This document shows, piece by piece, positions 1 through 9,538 of a stretch of 62,443 nucleotides of DNA (position 1 is its first letter; each line of letters opens with the position of its first letter). Made by a program: the position numbers and the translations under genes. Location: the IMG/VR virus record IMGVR_UViG_3300042890_000585, positions 1 through 62,443 of that record. One strand, written 5' to 3'. The notes beneath the pieces are model-generated. The model made no database searches. It had not been told where the DNA came from and was given only the letters and a program-made list of their open reading frames with translations. Source of the DNA: a virus. Its lineage: Duplodnaviria; Caudoviricetes.

Positions 1-845
1 CAGCAAAAGTAGGTGGAAGCAATGTAACTGCAATCGCGTCTGCAACGGCATCTTTTCGTCAATTCATGTGCTATTTAAGCACGACTATCTCCACCGCATT
101 GACAGGCACAAGAGGGCTAATTAAAAACGGGGTTGGTCAATTAACTCTATCTGGCACTTGCAATTATACAGGGCCAACGCAAATTAACGCTGGAACGCTT
201 GCCGTTACAGGCGCATCAACTCTCAACGGAGTAATTAGCGGATCAGGAACATTAAGAAAAACTGGAACGGCAGTTTTAACGATAGGTGGGAACAATACTT
301 ACTCTGGAGGAACATCGTTTGTTTCGGGAGGGTTATCTGGACTGATATTATTTACATCAAGCAATGCTTTCGGAACGGGACTTTTTACTCTCTCTAACGC
401 CGCAGGGCGAATTGATACAGGGGGTAATGTAACCCTGTCTAACAACTTTCAATTAAACACTTCACTTCAGTATCGCACCATTGGAGCCAACACAATAACT
501 GTTACGGGTAATATTGCAGGGACTGGAAATGTCAGTAAAACAGGAAATGGAATTCTCATTCTGTCTGGAACATTAACCTACACAGGTCAAACAATTATTA
601 CAACGGGATCAATACAGGCTTCAAAAACAACTGGAGCGTCAACCGCGACTGCAACATTTAACTCGACTGGCTCATTCATTGCTGTTTCGTTCAATGTTTC
701 ACCTCCGTCTGGTGTTACAACATTTCGCTTCTTTCAAGGTTCAACATCAGGCACTTGGGGCGTAGGAACTTTGACAGGCGTGCCTGCTGGAACAACGGCA
801 ACTTATAATTCAACAAACTCAACCCTCTCTGTAACAGTCCCATGA
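1..845 (+). CDS. Virion fibre/adhesin protein with autotransporter-associated beta-strand repeats (PATR); 3' part of a gene that starts at 62232 and wraps across the window ends
   Basis: Three L-x-K-x-G-x-G-x-L-x-L-x-G-x-N/T-x-Y-x-G-x-T repeats (GLIKNGVGQLTLSGTCNYTGPT, LRKTGTAVLTIGGNNTYSGGT, VSKTGNGILILSGTLTYTGQT). The frame is open from base 3. Confidence 0.8.
   Translation, partial: AKVGGSNVTAIASATASFRQFMCYLSTTISTALTGTRGLIKNGVGQLTLSGTCNYTGPTQINAGTLAVTGASTLNGVISGSGTLRKTGTAVLTIGGNNTYSGGTSFVSGGLSGLILFTSSNAFGTGLFTLSNAAGRIDTGGNVTLSNNFQLNTSLQYRTIGANTITVTGNIAGTGNVSKTGNGILILSGTLTYTGQTIITTGSIQASKTTGASTATATFNSTGSFIAVSFNVSPPSGVTTFRFFQGSTSGTWGVGTLTGVPAGTTATYNSTNSTLSVTVP
64..190. repeat. 127-bp exact terminal direct repeat (copy 1), most likely an assembly circularisation overlap
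   Basis: Identical to 62317-62443. 127 is a common de Bruijn k-mer size. Confidence 0.9.
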
Positions 846-1057
846 TAATTACTCCAAGCGCAAATGGTTGGTCTTATGATGATTCTGTAGGCAAATGGAA
901 ATTGGCATATGAAGATAAAACAATTATGTTCTACCAACAAACAGACCAATCCATTGCCACGCCACAAACATTATTTGTAGGGACTCACGAAGAATGCGAA
1001 GAGCAGATAGTGAAAGAGGGCTTATCTTGGCCTGTTGAGGTTGAGATAACCGCTTGA
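842..1057 (+). CDS. Small hypothetical protein (fibre-associated)
   Basis: 71-aa ORF with ATGA overlap to the upstream gene. Confidence 0.6.
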   Translation: MIITPSANGWSYDDSVGKWKLAYEDKTIMFYQQTDQSIATPQTLFVGTHEECEEQIVKEGLSWPVEVEITA

Positions 1058-1089
1058 CAAAAACGCAATGCAACGATTAATAATAAACT

Positions 1090-3087
1090 ATGGCACTCAC
1101 ATTTAACCCATTTACTGGAAAACTTGACTTCACTGGAAGTCAATCCAGCGCAGCAGTTGGGGCCACTGGGGCCACAGGCCCATCTGGAGGCCCAACGGGG
1201 GCCACGGGATCCACAGGCCCAACTGGGGCTGGAACCACGGGGGCCACGGGTGTTGCAGGAAATGACGGGGCCACTGGGGCCACTGGGGTGGGATTGCAGG
1301 GTAGTACAGGAAGCACTGGTATTGCTGGAAACGAAGGCAGCACGGGGGCCACTGGAATACAAGGGCCAACTCCTTGGACATTGCCAGCGACAGTATATAA
1401 TAATGGATTTTCATATAATATTGGAGATGCAGTAACTTATCTTGGTGGGTATTACTATAGAACTGGAAACCCACTAAACCCCGGTTTTCCTCCAACACCC
1501 GGTTCAATTAATGCCTCATGGACACCAGTTGCAGATGGTGGGGCTACTGGGCCAGATGGGGCTACTGGTGTTGCAGGAAATGACGGCAGCACAGGGGCCA
1601 CTGGAGTGCAAGGAGATACTGGAGCCACTGGAAGCACTGGAGTCCAAGGAGATGTCGGAGCAACTGGAAGTACTGGAGTCCAAGGAGATGTTGGGGCCAC
1701 GGGAGCTACTGGGATTCAAGGAGGTGTCGGAGCGACTGGGGCCACTGGTATCCAAGGAGACGTTGGGGCTACAGGCGCAACGGGTGATTTTGGATCCACT
1801 GGCGCAACGGGAGCAACAGGATTGACTGGGGTTAGAGGAGCCACTGGAGCCACAGGTGATATCGGAGCAACTGGAACAACGGGATTACAAGGGTCAACTG
1901 GTTCCACTGGAGCAACAGGAGTCGAAGGAGCCACTGGAGCAACAGGTTCTACTGGCGTTTCTGGAACAGATGGAGCTACTGGTGCTACAGGATTGCAAGG
2001 AGACGTTGGAGCTACAGGTATTCAAGGTGATATTGGTGCTACTGGATTAGATGGAAGCACTGGAGCCACAGGATTAACTGGAGCTACTGGTTTGGAAGGT
2101 GCAACTGGTTCTACTGGCATTGCTGGCGTTGATGGTGCTACAGGCGCAACTGGCGTTGCTGGAACAGACGGAGCAACAGGAGCAACTGGGGCTACTGGAT
2201 TGCAAGGTGATGTTGGAGCAACTGGAGCGACAGGCGTTGCTGGTGGGCAAGGAAGCACTGGTGCTACAGGCGTGCAAGGTTCAACGGGGGTTACTGGTGC
2301 TACTGGCATTACTGGCGTTGATGGCTCGACAGGAGCAACCGGAATAGGCACAAGCGGTTCTACTGGAGCTACAGGGTTGCAAGGTGCGACAGGTTTGACT
2401 GGTGCTGGTGGTGCATTGGGATATTACGGATCATTTTACGATTTAACAGATCAACCATTAGTTAGCATAACGGCAGAGCAAGTTGTTGCAATTGGAAATA
2501 CATCAGAACAAAATGGTGTGACTATTGTAAATGGTGATGAAGTTACTTTTGCCAATGCAGGAACTTACAGTCTCACTTTTTCTGTACAAGTTACAAATCT
2601 GGCTAACTCTGTGGAAAGGGCAACATTCTGGCTAAAAACTAACAATGTCGATTACCCCGATTCCGCTACAGAACTCGATTTACAGCCTCGCAAATCAGCA
2701 GGAAATCCTAATCGTCAAGTGTTGACGATCAACTATGTTGCAACAGCAGTAGCAGGACAACAAGTTCAACTTTATTGGTCTGGGACAAGCACTGATTTAA
2801 CTGTTGAATCGTTGCCAGCAGGAACATCTCCTGTGTCTCCAGCGGTTCCATCTATTATTTTAACAGCAGTGCAAGTAATGTATACACAGCTTGGGCCAAC
2901 TGGAGCCACGGGGGTACAAGGAAGCACTGGGGCCACGGGAGTTACGCCAGCAAATATTGTTCTCTCGGATATAACTGGTTTATCAGGTGCAACCCAATTA
3001 ACCAATCTTGTTGAAATTACTCAAACTGGCTACAATTTAATCGTTACCCCAGACCCGAACACGTTGTATGTAATTGTTGGCCCATAA
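1090..3087 (+). CDS. Collagen-like (G-A-T/G-S-T) fibre protein with BclA/C1q-like C-terminal beta domain
   Basis: Long G-X-T triplet tracts, a GYYGSFYD...[10 protein letters not shown] globular domain, N-terminal FNPFTGxLDF motif and C-terminal NTLYVIVG motif. Confidence 0.85.
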   Translation: MALTFNPFTGKLDFTGSQSSAAVGATGATGPSGGPTGATGSTGPTGAGTTGATGVAGNDGATGATGVGLQGSTGSTGIAGNEGSTGATGIQGPTPWTLPATVYNNGFSYNIGDAVTYLGGYYYRTGNPLNPGFPPTPGSINASWTPVADGGATGPDGATGVAGNDGSTGATGVQGDTGATGSTGVQGDVGATGSTGVQGDVGATGATGIQGGVGATGATGIQGDVGATGATGDFGSTGATGATGLTGVRGATGATGDIGATGTTGLQGSTGSTGATGVEGATGATGSTGVSGTDGATGATGLQGDVGATGIQGDIGATGLDGSTGATGLTGATGLEGATGSTGIAGVDGATGATGVAGTDGATGATGATGLQGDVGATGATGVAGGQGSTGATGVQGSTGVTGATGITGVDGSTGATGIGTSGSTGATGLQGATGLTGAGGALGYYGSFYDLTDQPLVSITAEQVVAIGNTSEQNGVTIVNGDEVTFANAGTYSLTFSVQVTNLANSVERATFWLKTNNVDYPDSATELDLQPRKSAGNPNRQVLTINYVATAVAGQQVQLYWSGTSTDLTVESLPAGTSPVSPAVPSIILTAVQVMYTQLGPTGATGVQGSTGATGVTPANIVLSDITGLSGATQLTNLVEITQTGYNLIVTPDPNTLYVIVGP

Positions 3088-3092
3088 TTAAA

Positions 3093-3266
3093 ATGAACGA
3101 TAACGCAACCAGTCACGGAATATTAGGTACGATTGTATCGACAACAGGATTTATAGTTAGTATGTTACCAGAAATAGAAGCGTCAATTAGAGTTGCGGGT
3201 GGAATTATCTCCATTATTGCTGGTGTTCTGACTTGCATCTATATGGTAAAGCAGATTTCAAAATGA
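3093..3266 (+). CDS. Small two-TM membrane protein, holin/antiholin-like (57 aa, not in ORF track)
   Basis: My translation is MNDNATSHGILGTIVSTTGFIVSMLPEIEASIRVAGGIISIIAGVLTCIYMVKQISK. It has two hydrophobic segments and heads the lysis cassette. Confidence 0.6.
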   Translation: MNDNATSHGILGTIVSTTGFIVSMLPEIEASIRVAGGIISIIAGVLTCIYMVKQISK

Positions 3267-3493
3267 AACCCAAAAAATTTGCTCTTGTAATAATAGTAAT
3301 ATCATTTATTCTATTCGGAACCTCATTCTTAACTGGATGTGTATCAGTTCCAATTCCACCAGCAGGAGATAAGGTTGGTGAGTTAGGACACATTAAAATT
3401 TCACTTAAATTTCAGTACCTCCCAGCAACACAACCCGATATTGATTGGTTTAATCCACTCATACCACAACCCAAACTATATAAAGATAAATGA
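3263..3493 (+). CDS. Lipoprotein, spanin-like
   Basis: MKPKK + hydrophobic stretch + lipobox LTGC, Pro-rich mature part, ATGA-coupled inside the lysis cassette. Confidence 0.6.
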   Translation: MKPKKFALVIIVISFILFGTSFLTGCVSVPIPPAGDKVGELGHIKISLKFQYLPATQPDIDWFNPLIPQPKLYKDK

Positions 3494-3666
3494 AAATTGT
3501 AGATTACATCTTGGCTCGTCTTTCGGAATCGTCAACTTATCGTGGTGCGATTTTTCTTCTTGGTGGACTTGGTATTGCCGTTGCTCCAGAACAAGCTAAT
3601 GCGATTGCTGCGGCATCTATGGCTATTGCAGGAGCAATTAACGTGTTCCGAAAAGAAAAGAAATAA
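3490..3666 (+). CDS. Holin-like membrane protein (58 aa, not in ORF track)
   Basis: MKIVDYILARLSESSTYRGAIFLLGGLGIAVAPEQANAIAAASMAIAGAINVFRKEKK has two TM segments and a basic C-tail. Its stop overlaps the endolysin ATG (TAATG). Confidence 0.7.
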   Translation: MKIVDYILARLSESSTYRGAIFLLGGLGIAVAPEQANAIAAASMAIAGAINVFRKEKK

Positions 3667-5222
3667 TGCTTCATAAGTTAACCGATATCGCACTTCGTGA
3701 AGTCGGAGTGCGAGAAATTGGTTCTAACAATTGCGGTAAGCGCATCCGCGAATACCAATCCGCAACTGAACTTGATCCTGCTGCTTGGCCTTGGTGTGCA
3801 GCGTTCGTAGATTGGTCAATTCGTGAGTGGTTAAAAGATGATGGTGTTGTGGCATGGCTAGGACTTAAAAACCGCACTGCTGACCAATGGAGGCCAAAAA
3901 CAGCACTGGCATATGGTCTAACATCATGGGCAAAACAAAGACCAAATACCGCCAGTATTTACAATGAAAAAGATAGAGCAGTTGCTGGAGACATTGTTAC
4001 ATTTGATTTTTCGCACGTTGGAATTGTTATTGAAGATTCTATGAGTCATATCGTGACCATCGAGGGAAATGCGCTTCCATTGATATCAAAAGTTTTGACT
4101 CCACATGGATTCAAATTGATGAAAGACATTAAAGTTGGTGAAAAGGTGATTGATCCAGATGGAGAAGAATCATTTGTAACTGGAGTTTTTCCACAAGGAT
4201 CAAGAGATTTGTATAAAATAAAACTTCAAGATAAGTCAGAGGCAATTTCATGCGATCAACATTTATGGAAAATACAAATTGATGGAAGAAAAGATAAGGT
4301 ATTAAACACTATTGATCTTAAAAAAAGAGTTAATTCAAAAACACTACGATCAAGAATACCTCAAATACAACCAGTAAATTTTTCATTCAACGATAATCTT
4401 GTAATCGAGCCATATTTGATGGGTCTACTTATTGGTGATGGTGGAATGTCATCAGATTATCTTGGATTCACAAATATAGATGATGAAATAATTGATCATG
4501 TAAAAAATAATCTTGTGTCTGGTCATATTTTAAAACCTCATATTGAAAATGAAAATATAGTTAGAGGTAATTACAGGATTATTTCTGAATCAAAATGCAA
4601 AAATCAAATGATTCGTATTTTAAAAGAATTAAATCTTCAAGGTAAAAAATCTTTTGAAAAGTTTATACCGGAAATATACAAAAATTCATCAATTGAAAAC
4701 AGGTTGAGCTTGCTTCAGGGATTGATGGATTCAGATGGTAATGTTGATAAAATTGGGAGATGTGATTTTTCATCTTCATCAAAACAATTGAGCGAAGATG
4801 TTATGGATTTAATTCGATCTCTTGGCGGCAGGTGCGCATTGAATGTAAAAACAAATATATTTTACACATCACCAAATCAAAAAATGCCAAAACAAGCAAG
4901 AGATTGCTATAGACTTCAAAACATAAATATGCCATTTTTCAATCCGTTTAGATTGAAAAGAAAAGCAGATAGATTTAAGTTTAGAAACGCAGCTTGGGCA
5001 AGAAGGATTGTTTCTGTTGAGCCATGCGGAACTGGAGAAGTTCAGTGTATTTCTGTATCCGCAAAATCGAATCTTTTTATTACTGACAACTACATTCCAA
5101 CGCACAATACAAATGGGTCTGGTACTAGAGACTCTGAAAGTGGTGATGGGGTCTGGAAAAAGACCCGTAAAAAATCACTTATAAAAGATCTTATTCGCAT
5201 ACATACATCAACAGCAAAATAA
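3666..5222 (+). CDS. CHAP-domain endolysin precursor containing an intein (172-aa mature extein)
   Basis: PWCAAFV (catalytic Cys), GDIVTFDFSHVGIV (His), and an IEGN|TN motif split by the intein. It follows a holin. Confidence 0.88.
   Translation: MLHKLTDIALREVGVREIGSNNCGKRIREYQSATELDPAAWPWCAAFVDWSIREWLKDDGVVAWLGLKNRTADQWRPKTALAYGLTSWAKQRPNTASIYNEKDRAVAGDIVTFDFSHVGIVIEDSMSHIVTIEGNALPLISKVLTPHGFKLMKDIKVGEKVIDPDGEESFVTGVFPQGSRDLYKIKLQDKSEAISCDQHLWKIQIDGRKDKVLNTIDLKKRVNSKTLRSRIPQIQPVNFSFNDNLVIEPYLMGLLIGDGGMSSDYLGFTNIDDEIIDHVKNNLVSGHILKPHIENENIVRGNYRIISESKCKNQMIRILKELNLQGKKSFEKFIPEIYKNSSIENRLSLLQGLMDSDGNVDKIGRCDFSSSSKQLSEDVMDLIRSLGGRCALNVKTNIFYTSPNQKMPKQARDCYRLQNINMPFFNPFRLKRKADRFKFRNAAWARRIVSVEPCGTGEVQCISVSAKSNLFITDNYIPTHNTNGSGTRDSESGDGVWKKTRKKSLIKDLIRIHTSTAK
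4071..5108 (+). mobile_element. Class 3 intein (346 aa) with LAGLIDADG homing endonuclease
   Basis: Starts ALPLISKVLTP (Ala1). Block B is CDQHLW, block F is VQCISV, block G is PTHN/T. LAGLIDADG motifs are YLMGLLIGDG and LLQGLMDSDG. More AT-rich than its flanks. Confidence 0.9.
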
Positions 5223-5986
5223 TGGCAAATATCACACACAAGTGGAAGAAAGTCCTAGCAGTTTCGTGCAGTCATGCAAAATATTGCGACAAAGAGGCTT
5301 GGAATGCCGTAATGACGTTCAAATCGCGCTTTTCACCTGATACAATCCTGCATCTTGGAGATTTTATTGATTTATCAGCTTTAATGGGTAATGGAATAGG
5401 TTCTGGAAGTGATGGAGATGAAGTAACTCCAGACATTGACACAGGTTTAATGCATCTTCGTGAATTAATGGCTGGATGCAAAAATCCTTATGTTCTTTGT
5501 GGAAACCATGAAGATCGTGCTTGGAAATTGACTCACAGCAAAAATTCTGTCACTTCATATTGCGCTCACAAAATTGTGTCTGCAATCGAAGATACAACGA
5601 AAAAACTAAAAGCTAGATTAATTCCTTATTCTGGAATTGAACAGATCGTTGACATAGCGGACATTGGTTTTACTCATGGAACTTGCTATGGTGAATCTGC
5701 AGCTAGGGACATGGCAGAGCAATATTGCAATGGGACAAGGCGTAAAATAGTAATGGGACACACCCATCGTGTTGCTATCCAAAATGCCAGAACATATCAT
5801 GGTGGCACTTGCTATAATATCGGAACATTAACCGCTAGAGGGGCGTTAGAATACGCCAAAAATAGGAGAAGCACGTTCAGTTGGTGTCAGGCTTGGTGTT
5901 GGGGTGAGTATTGTGAATCACTTAATCAATCTTCACTTCAAATCACGCAAAGAGGCAGGGGAGAAGCATGGAGAATGCCAATTTAA
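5222..5986 (+). CDS. Calcineurin-like metallophosphoesterase
   Basis: Motifs SCSH, HLGDFID, GNHEDR, THG and GHTH. Confidence 0.85.
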   Translation: MANITHKWKKVLAVSCSHAKYCDKEAWNAVMTFKSRFSPDTILHLGDFIDLSALMGNGIGSGSDGDEVTPDIDTGLMHLRELMAGCKNPYVLCGNHEDRAWKLTHSKNSVTSYCAHKIVSAIEDTTKKLKARLIPYSGIEQIVDIADIGFTHGTCYGESAARDMAEQYCNGTRRKIVMGHTHRVAIQNARTYHGGTCYNIGTLTARGALEYAKNRRSTFSWCQAWCWGEYCESLNQSSLQITQRGRGEAWRMPI

Positions 5987-5987
5987 C

Positions 5988-6257
5988 ATGACCCCCAACG
6001 ATTTTCTTAAAATTCTACTTAATGCAAGCAATAAATGCACTGATCCACCACCAAATGACTGGCACTCAAGAGATCAATTGGGCAAAATATGGAATGTCAA
6101 AAAAACAATCTGTTGGACTAGGATTTCAAAAGGAATTAAACTTGGATTAATTGAAAAAAAGACATTTTATATTCCAGACATGAATGGAACAATGAAGCCA
6201 GTTCCTCATTATTATTTTCTAGACAAAAAACCCAATAAAAAAACTTGCATTAAGTAA
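5988..6257 (+). CDS. Small basic hypothetical protein (winged-helix-like), partner of the phosphoesterase
   Basis: ATG at 5988 directly after the upstream stop; PPNDWHSRDQLGKIW...VPHYY. Confidence 0.55.
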   Translation: MTPNDFLKILLNASNKCTDPPPNDWHSRDQLGKIWNVKKTICWTRISKGIKLGLIEKKTFYIPDMNGTMKPVPHYYFLDKKPNKKTCIK

Positions 6258-6281
6258 AAGAACAATTAGAATTCTAAAATT

Positions 6282-9200
6282 ATGTCATGTAGCAACGATT
6301 CAAATAGTAATGTCTGTAGGCAAGACATCCCCTATCCCCAGATTTCCAGTGAAAGCGTTCCTTCGTTGATTAGCAATTTAGTTTATGCTTTATACGGCAC
6401 AATCGACAAATCTGTTGTTAATGGACGTGTTGTTTGGGATATCCCATGTGATCCAAACAATACTTCTGAAGTTGATAATATTCCACGTGAAGAAGGTGAA
6501 GGTTTGCTTTGTTATTTGTTGCGTGTTTTTGACAACACAATTGCACAGGATTTTTTACGTTGGGGATTTACAGGTAATGGAACAACATCTTCATTTAGTT
6601 TATCTGGTGCTTTTTTAAATACTTCAAATGGCTATATTGTATATGTAAATGGAGTTGTTCGTGATCCTATTACTTACACAATTTCTGGTGTATCTCCAAA
6701 AATAATTACTTTTGGAAGTCCTATAGCAAATGGATCATTGTTGACTGTTGTTCAATTGCAATCTCCGATTTCTGTTGGAGCTACAGGTTTTACTGGAGCA
6801 AGTGGTGCTACTGGATTGCGTGGAGCCACTGGCATAGGATCAACTGGCGCAACAGGTTTGACTGGTTTAACTGGGCCTCAAGGAACCCCCGGTGGAGCCA
6901 CTGGAGCCACTGGATTGCAAGGCCCACAAGGAAATGCAGGGCCAGTCGGTGGGCAGAGGTGGTTTTATAATAGTACAGGTGGATTGCCCGGCGGTGACAC
7001 TGTTTTGTTTCTTTCTGGGGCTACAACAACAAATCCATTAGGGTACTCGGTAAATATTGATGGTGTAACGCAAGATCCAGCAAATTATTATCTTACTCCA
7101 ACTGGTCTTGGTGATGGTCTTTTTCTTACATTAGAATATGTAGTTGCTGTTGGTTCTGCAATTGTCATTACATCTTTAAATGGCATTCAAGGCGCGAGTG
7201 GTAGCACTGGCAGTACTGGTGTTATCGGTCTGACTGGAGCAACTGGTGTACGTGGAGCAACGGGAATAGGATCAACTGGATCAACTGGTGTTATAGGTCT
7301 GACTGGAGCTACTGGCCCATCTGGTGGCCCAACTGGAGCCACGGGAGCAAGTGGTCTTCGTGGATTCCCCGGCAATGCAGGGCCAGTCGGTGGTCAGCGT
7401 TGGGCCTACGATGGTGGAAATACAAATTCATTTTCTATTGTTGGGGCAACAACAAATAATCCATTAGGGTATTTGGTATGCATTGACGGAGTTACTCAAG
7501 ACCCCGCTAATTATTCTATTTCTGGAACATTGCTAACAATGTCAGCGTTTGTTCCAACAGGTTCACAAATTGTAATTGTTTCTTTGAACGGCATTCAAGG
7601 CGCAACTGGTGTAGCAGGTTCAGCAGGGCCATTCGGTGGTATTCGCTGGGCCTATGATGGTGGAAATACTAATTCGTTCTCTATTGTTGGAAACACAACT
7701 AACAATCCCATTGGTTATTCTGTAAATATTGATGGCGTAACGCAAGATCCAGTCAATTATTCTATAAGCGGAACTACACTTACAATGTCATCAATTGTTC
7801 CAAGTGGATCAACAATTGTTATTACATCTCTTAATGGCATTCAAGGTGCTACTGGATTTGGTGCAACTGGAGCGACTGGCGTTAATGGCCAACAAGGAAG
7901 CACTGGTTCTACTGGCGTTGGTTCCACTGGCGCGACTGGAATTGGTTCTACTGGCCCTCGCGGAGCGACTGGTGCAACTGGAATCGGCGCAACTGGGGCA
8001 AGTGGTGTTCGTGGAGCAACTGGAATTGGTGAAGTTTTAAATGTTCAGAGCTTCTCAACTAATTACATTAGCTTTGGTGCAAAAATATTTTACTACTCTC
8101 CAACAGACGTTGGTTTTGCTGAAGGAAGCAGAATTCGCATAACAGCAAATTCAGCGTATCCATACGACTTTATTGAAGGAATTGCAGTTCAAGTTTCAAA
8201 TCAATTCATAATAATTTTACCAGATGCAATTGAAGGTGCTGGTGCTTATGCCGATTGGCAAATAACTGTTGCTGGTGAATTTGGTGCTACAGGTGCTACT
8301 GGTATTCAAGGTTCTACAGGCCCAAGTGGTGGCCCAACTGGAGCTACGGGCATTCAAGGTGCTACTGGCCCGTCTGGTGGCCCAACTGGTGCTACTGGAG
8401 CGACTGGAGCGGTTGCTCCTGCTGGTGGACTTCGCTGGTCAAGTGTTGGTGATGGATTCAGAACAGATTTTGATGTAACTGGAGCATTGTCTACAATGGC
8501 AACCGCATTTTTGGTTGTTATTGATGGTGTAGTTCAAGACCCAAACAATTATTCGATTGCTGGATCTATTCTTACGATATCATCTCCAGTCCCAGCTGGA
8601 TCACAGATTGTTATTGTATCTCTTAATGGTGTTCGTGGATCAACTGGGCCTCAAGGAACACCGGGTGGTGCGACTGGGGCTACTGGGCCACAAGGAAACG
8701 CTGGGCCAGTTGGTGGTCAGCGATGGGCTTATGTTGGTTCCAATAATACTGCTTTTAACATTACTGGAGCAACAACAACCAATCCACTTGGTTATTCTGT
8801 AAACATTGATGGTGTTACTCAAGACCCTAACGATTATTCAATCGCATCTGGATTTCCATATGTTCTTACAATGTCTTCTCCAGTTCCATCTGGATCAAAT
8901 ATTGTAATTACTTCGCTTAATGGAATTACAGGTGCAACTGGTGTAGCAGGTTCTGCTGGGCCTTTTGGCGGGATTCGATGGGCTTATGCTGGCAATAATG
9001 ATACTAATTTTGATATTACAGGAAATACAACGAATAATCCTATTGGATATTTGGTGTGCATTGATGGTGTAACGCAAGACCCTATTAATTATTCCATCAC
9101 TGGAAACACGCTTACCACTACATCCGCTGTTCCAATTGGTTCACAAATTGTCATCATTTCTTTGAATGGTATTCAAGGTGCTACTGGGCCAAGTGGTGGA

Positions 9201-9491
9201 GCAACTGGGGCTACTGGAGTAGGAGCGCAAGGAAGCACAGGAGCAACTGGAGTATTGCCACCAACAAACTTTGGTAATGCATGGGCATATACAGGAGATG
9301 GAATTCAAACAGTATTTGCAATTACTGGTGGATTAAGTATTTTGTCAGCAGCATACCTTGTTCATGTAGATGGCATTTACCAAAAATCAACAAATTATAC
9401 AATTGACAATATTATCCCAAGGACATTAACTTTCTCGACACCGATACCATCGGGATCGGAAATAACGATAGTATCACTATCAGTAGCTTAA
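6282..9491 (+). CDS. Tail fibre with collagen linkers and eight tandem ~65-aa beta-sandwich modules
   Basis: Repeated unit RW.Y.G...F.I.G....P..Y.V.IDGV.QDP..Y.I....LT.....P.GS.IVI.SLNG separated by G-A-T tracts; Cys-containing N-terminal anchor. Confidence 0.85.
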   Translation: MSCSNDSNSNVCRQDIPYPQISSESVPSLISNLVYALYGTIDKSVVNGRVVWDIPCDPNNTSEVDNIPREEGEGLLCYLLRVFDNTIAQDFLRWGFTGNGTTSSFSLSGAFLNTSNGYIVYVNGVVRDPITYTISGVSPKIITFGSPIANGSLLTVVQLQSPISVGATGFTGASGATGLRGATGIGSTGATGLTGLTGPQGTPGGATGATGLQGPQGNAGPVGGQRWFYNSTGGLPGGDTVLFLSGATTTNPLGYSVNIDGVTQDPANYYLTPTGLGDGLFLTLEYVVAVGSAIVITSLNGIQGASGSTGSTGVIGLTGATGVRGATGIGSTGSTGVIGLTGATGPSGGPTGATGASGLRGFPGNAGPVGGQRWAYDGGNTNSFSIVGATTNNPLGYLVCIDGVTQDPANYSISGTLLTMSAFVPTGSQIVIVSLNGIQGATGVAGSAGPFGGIRWAYDGGNTNSFSIVGNTTNNPIGYSVNIDGVTQDPVNYSISGTTLTMSSIVPSGSTIVITSLNGIQGATGFGATGATGVNGQQGSTGSTGVGSTGATGIGSTGPRGATGATGIGATGASGVRGATGIGEVLNVQSFSTNYISFGAKIFYYSPTDVGFAEGSRIRITANSAYPYDFIEGIAVQVSNQFIIILPDAIEGAGAYADWQITVAGEFGATGATGIQGSTGPSGGPTGATGIQGATGPSGGPTGATGATGAVAPAGGLRWSSVGDGFRTDFDVTGALSTMATAFLVVIDGVVQDPNNYSIAGSILTISSPVPAGSQIVIVSLNGVRGSTGPQGTPGGATGATGPQGNAGPVGGQRWAYVGSNNTAFNITGATTTNPLGYSVNIDGVTQDPNDYSIASGFPYVLTMSSPVPSGSNIVITSLNGITGATGVAGSAGPFGGIRWAYAGNNDTNFDITGNTTNNPIGYLVCIDGVTQDPINYSITGNTLTTTSAVPIGSQIVIISLNGIQGATGPSGGATGATGVGAQGSTGATGVLPPTNFGNAWAYTGDGIQTVFAITGGLSILSAAYLVHVDGIYQKSTNYTIDNIIPRTLTFSTPIPSGSEITIVSLSVA

Positions 9492-9538
9492 CAATCAAAA
9501 ACAACAAACAAACAAACTAAAACAGAAAACATAATATT

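Noticed and set aside
1-63. Diverged copy of 62254-62316 as a possible DGR template/variable repeat
   Set aside because: Mismatches are not adenine-specific, are mostly at third positions, and no reverse transcriptase is present. Strain variation is more likely.
64-190. Terminal repeat as a biological direct terminal repeat
   Set aside because: Its length equals a standard assembler k-mer, and it lies mid-gene far from the terminase region.
1124-2351. Many overlapping ORFs (PVAPV- and LELLE-type) on both strands of the collagen genes
   Set aside because: Artefacts of G-A-T codon repeats, which lack stops in other frames; the same applies at 7187-9077.
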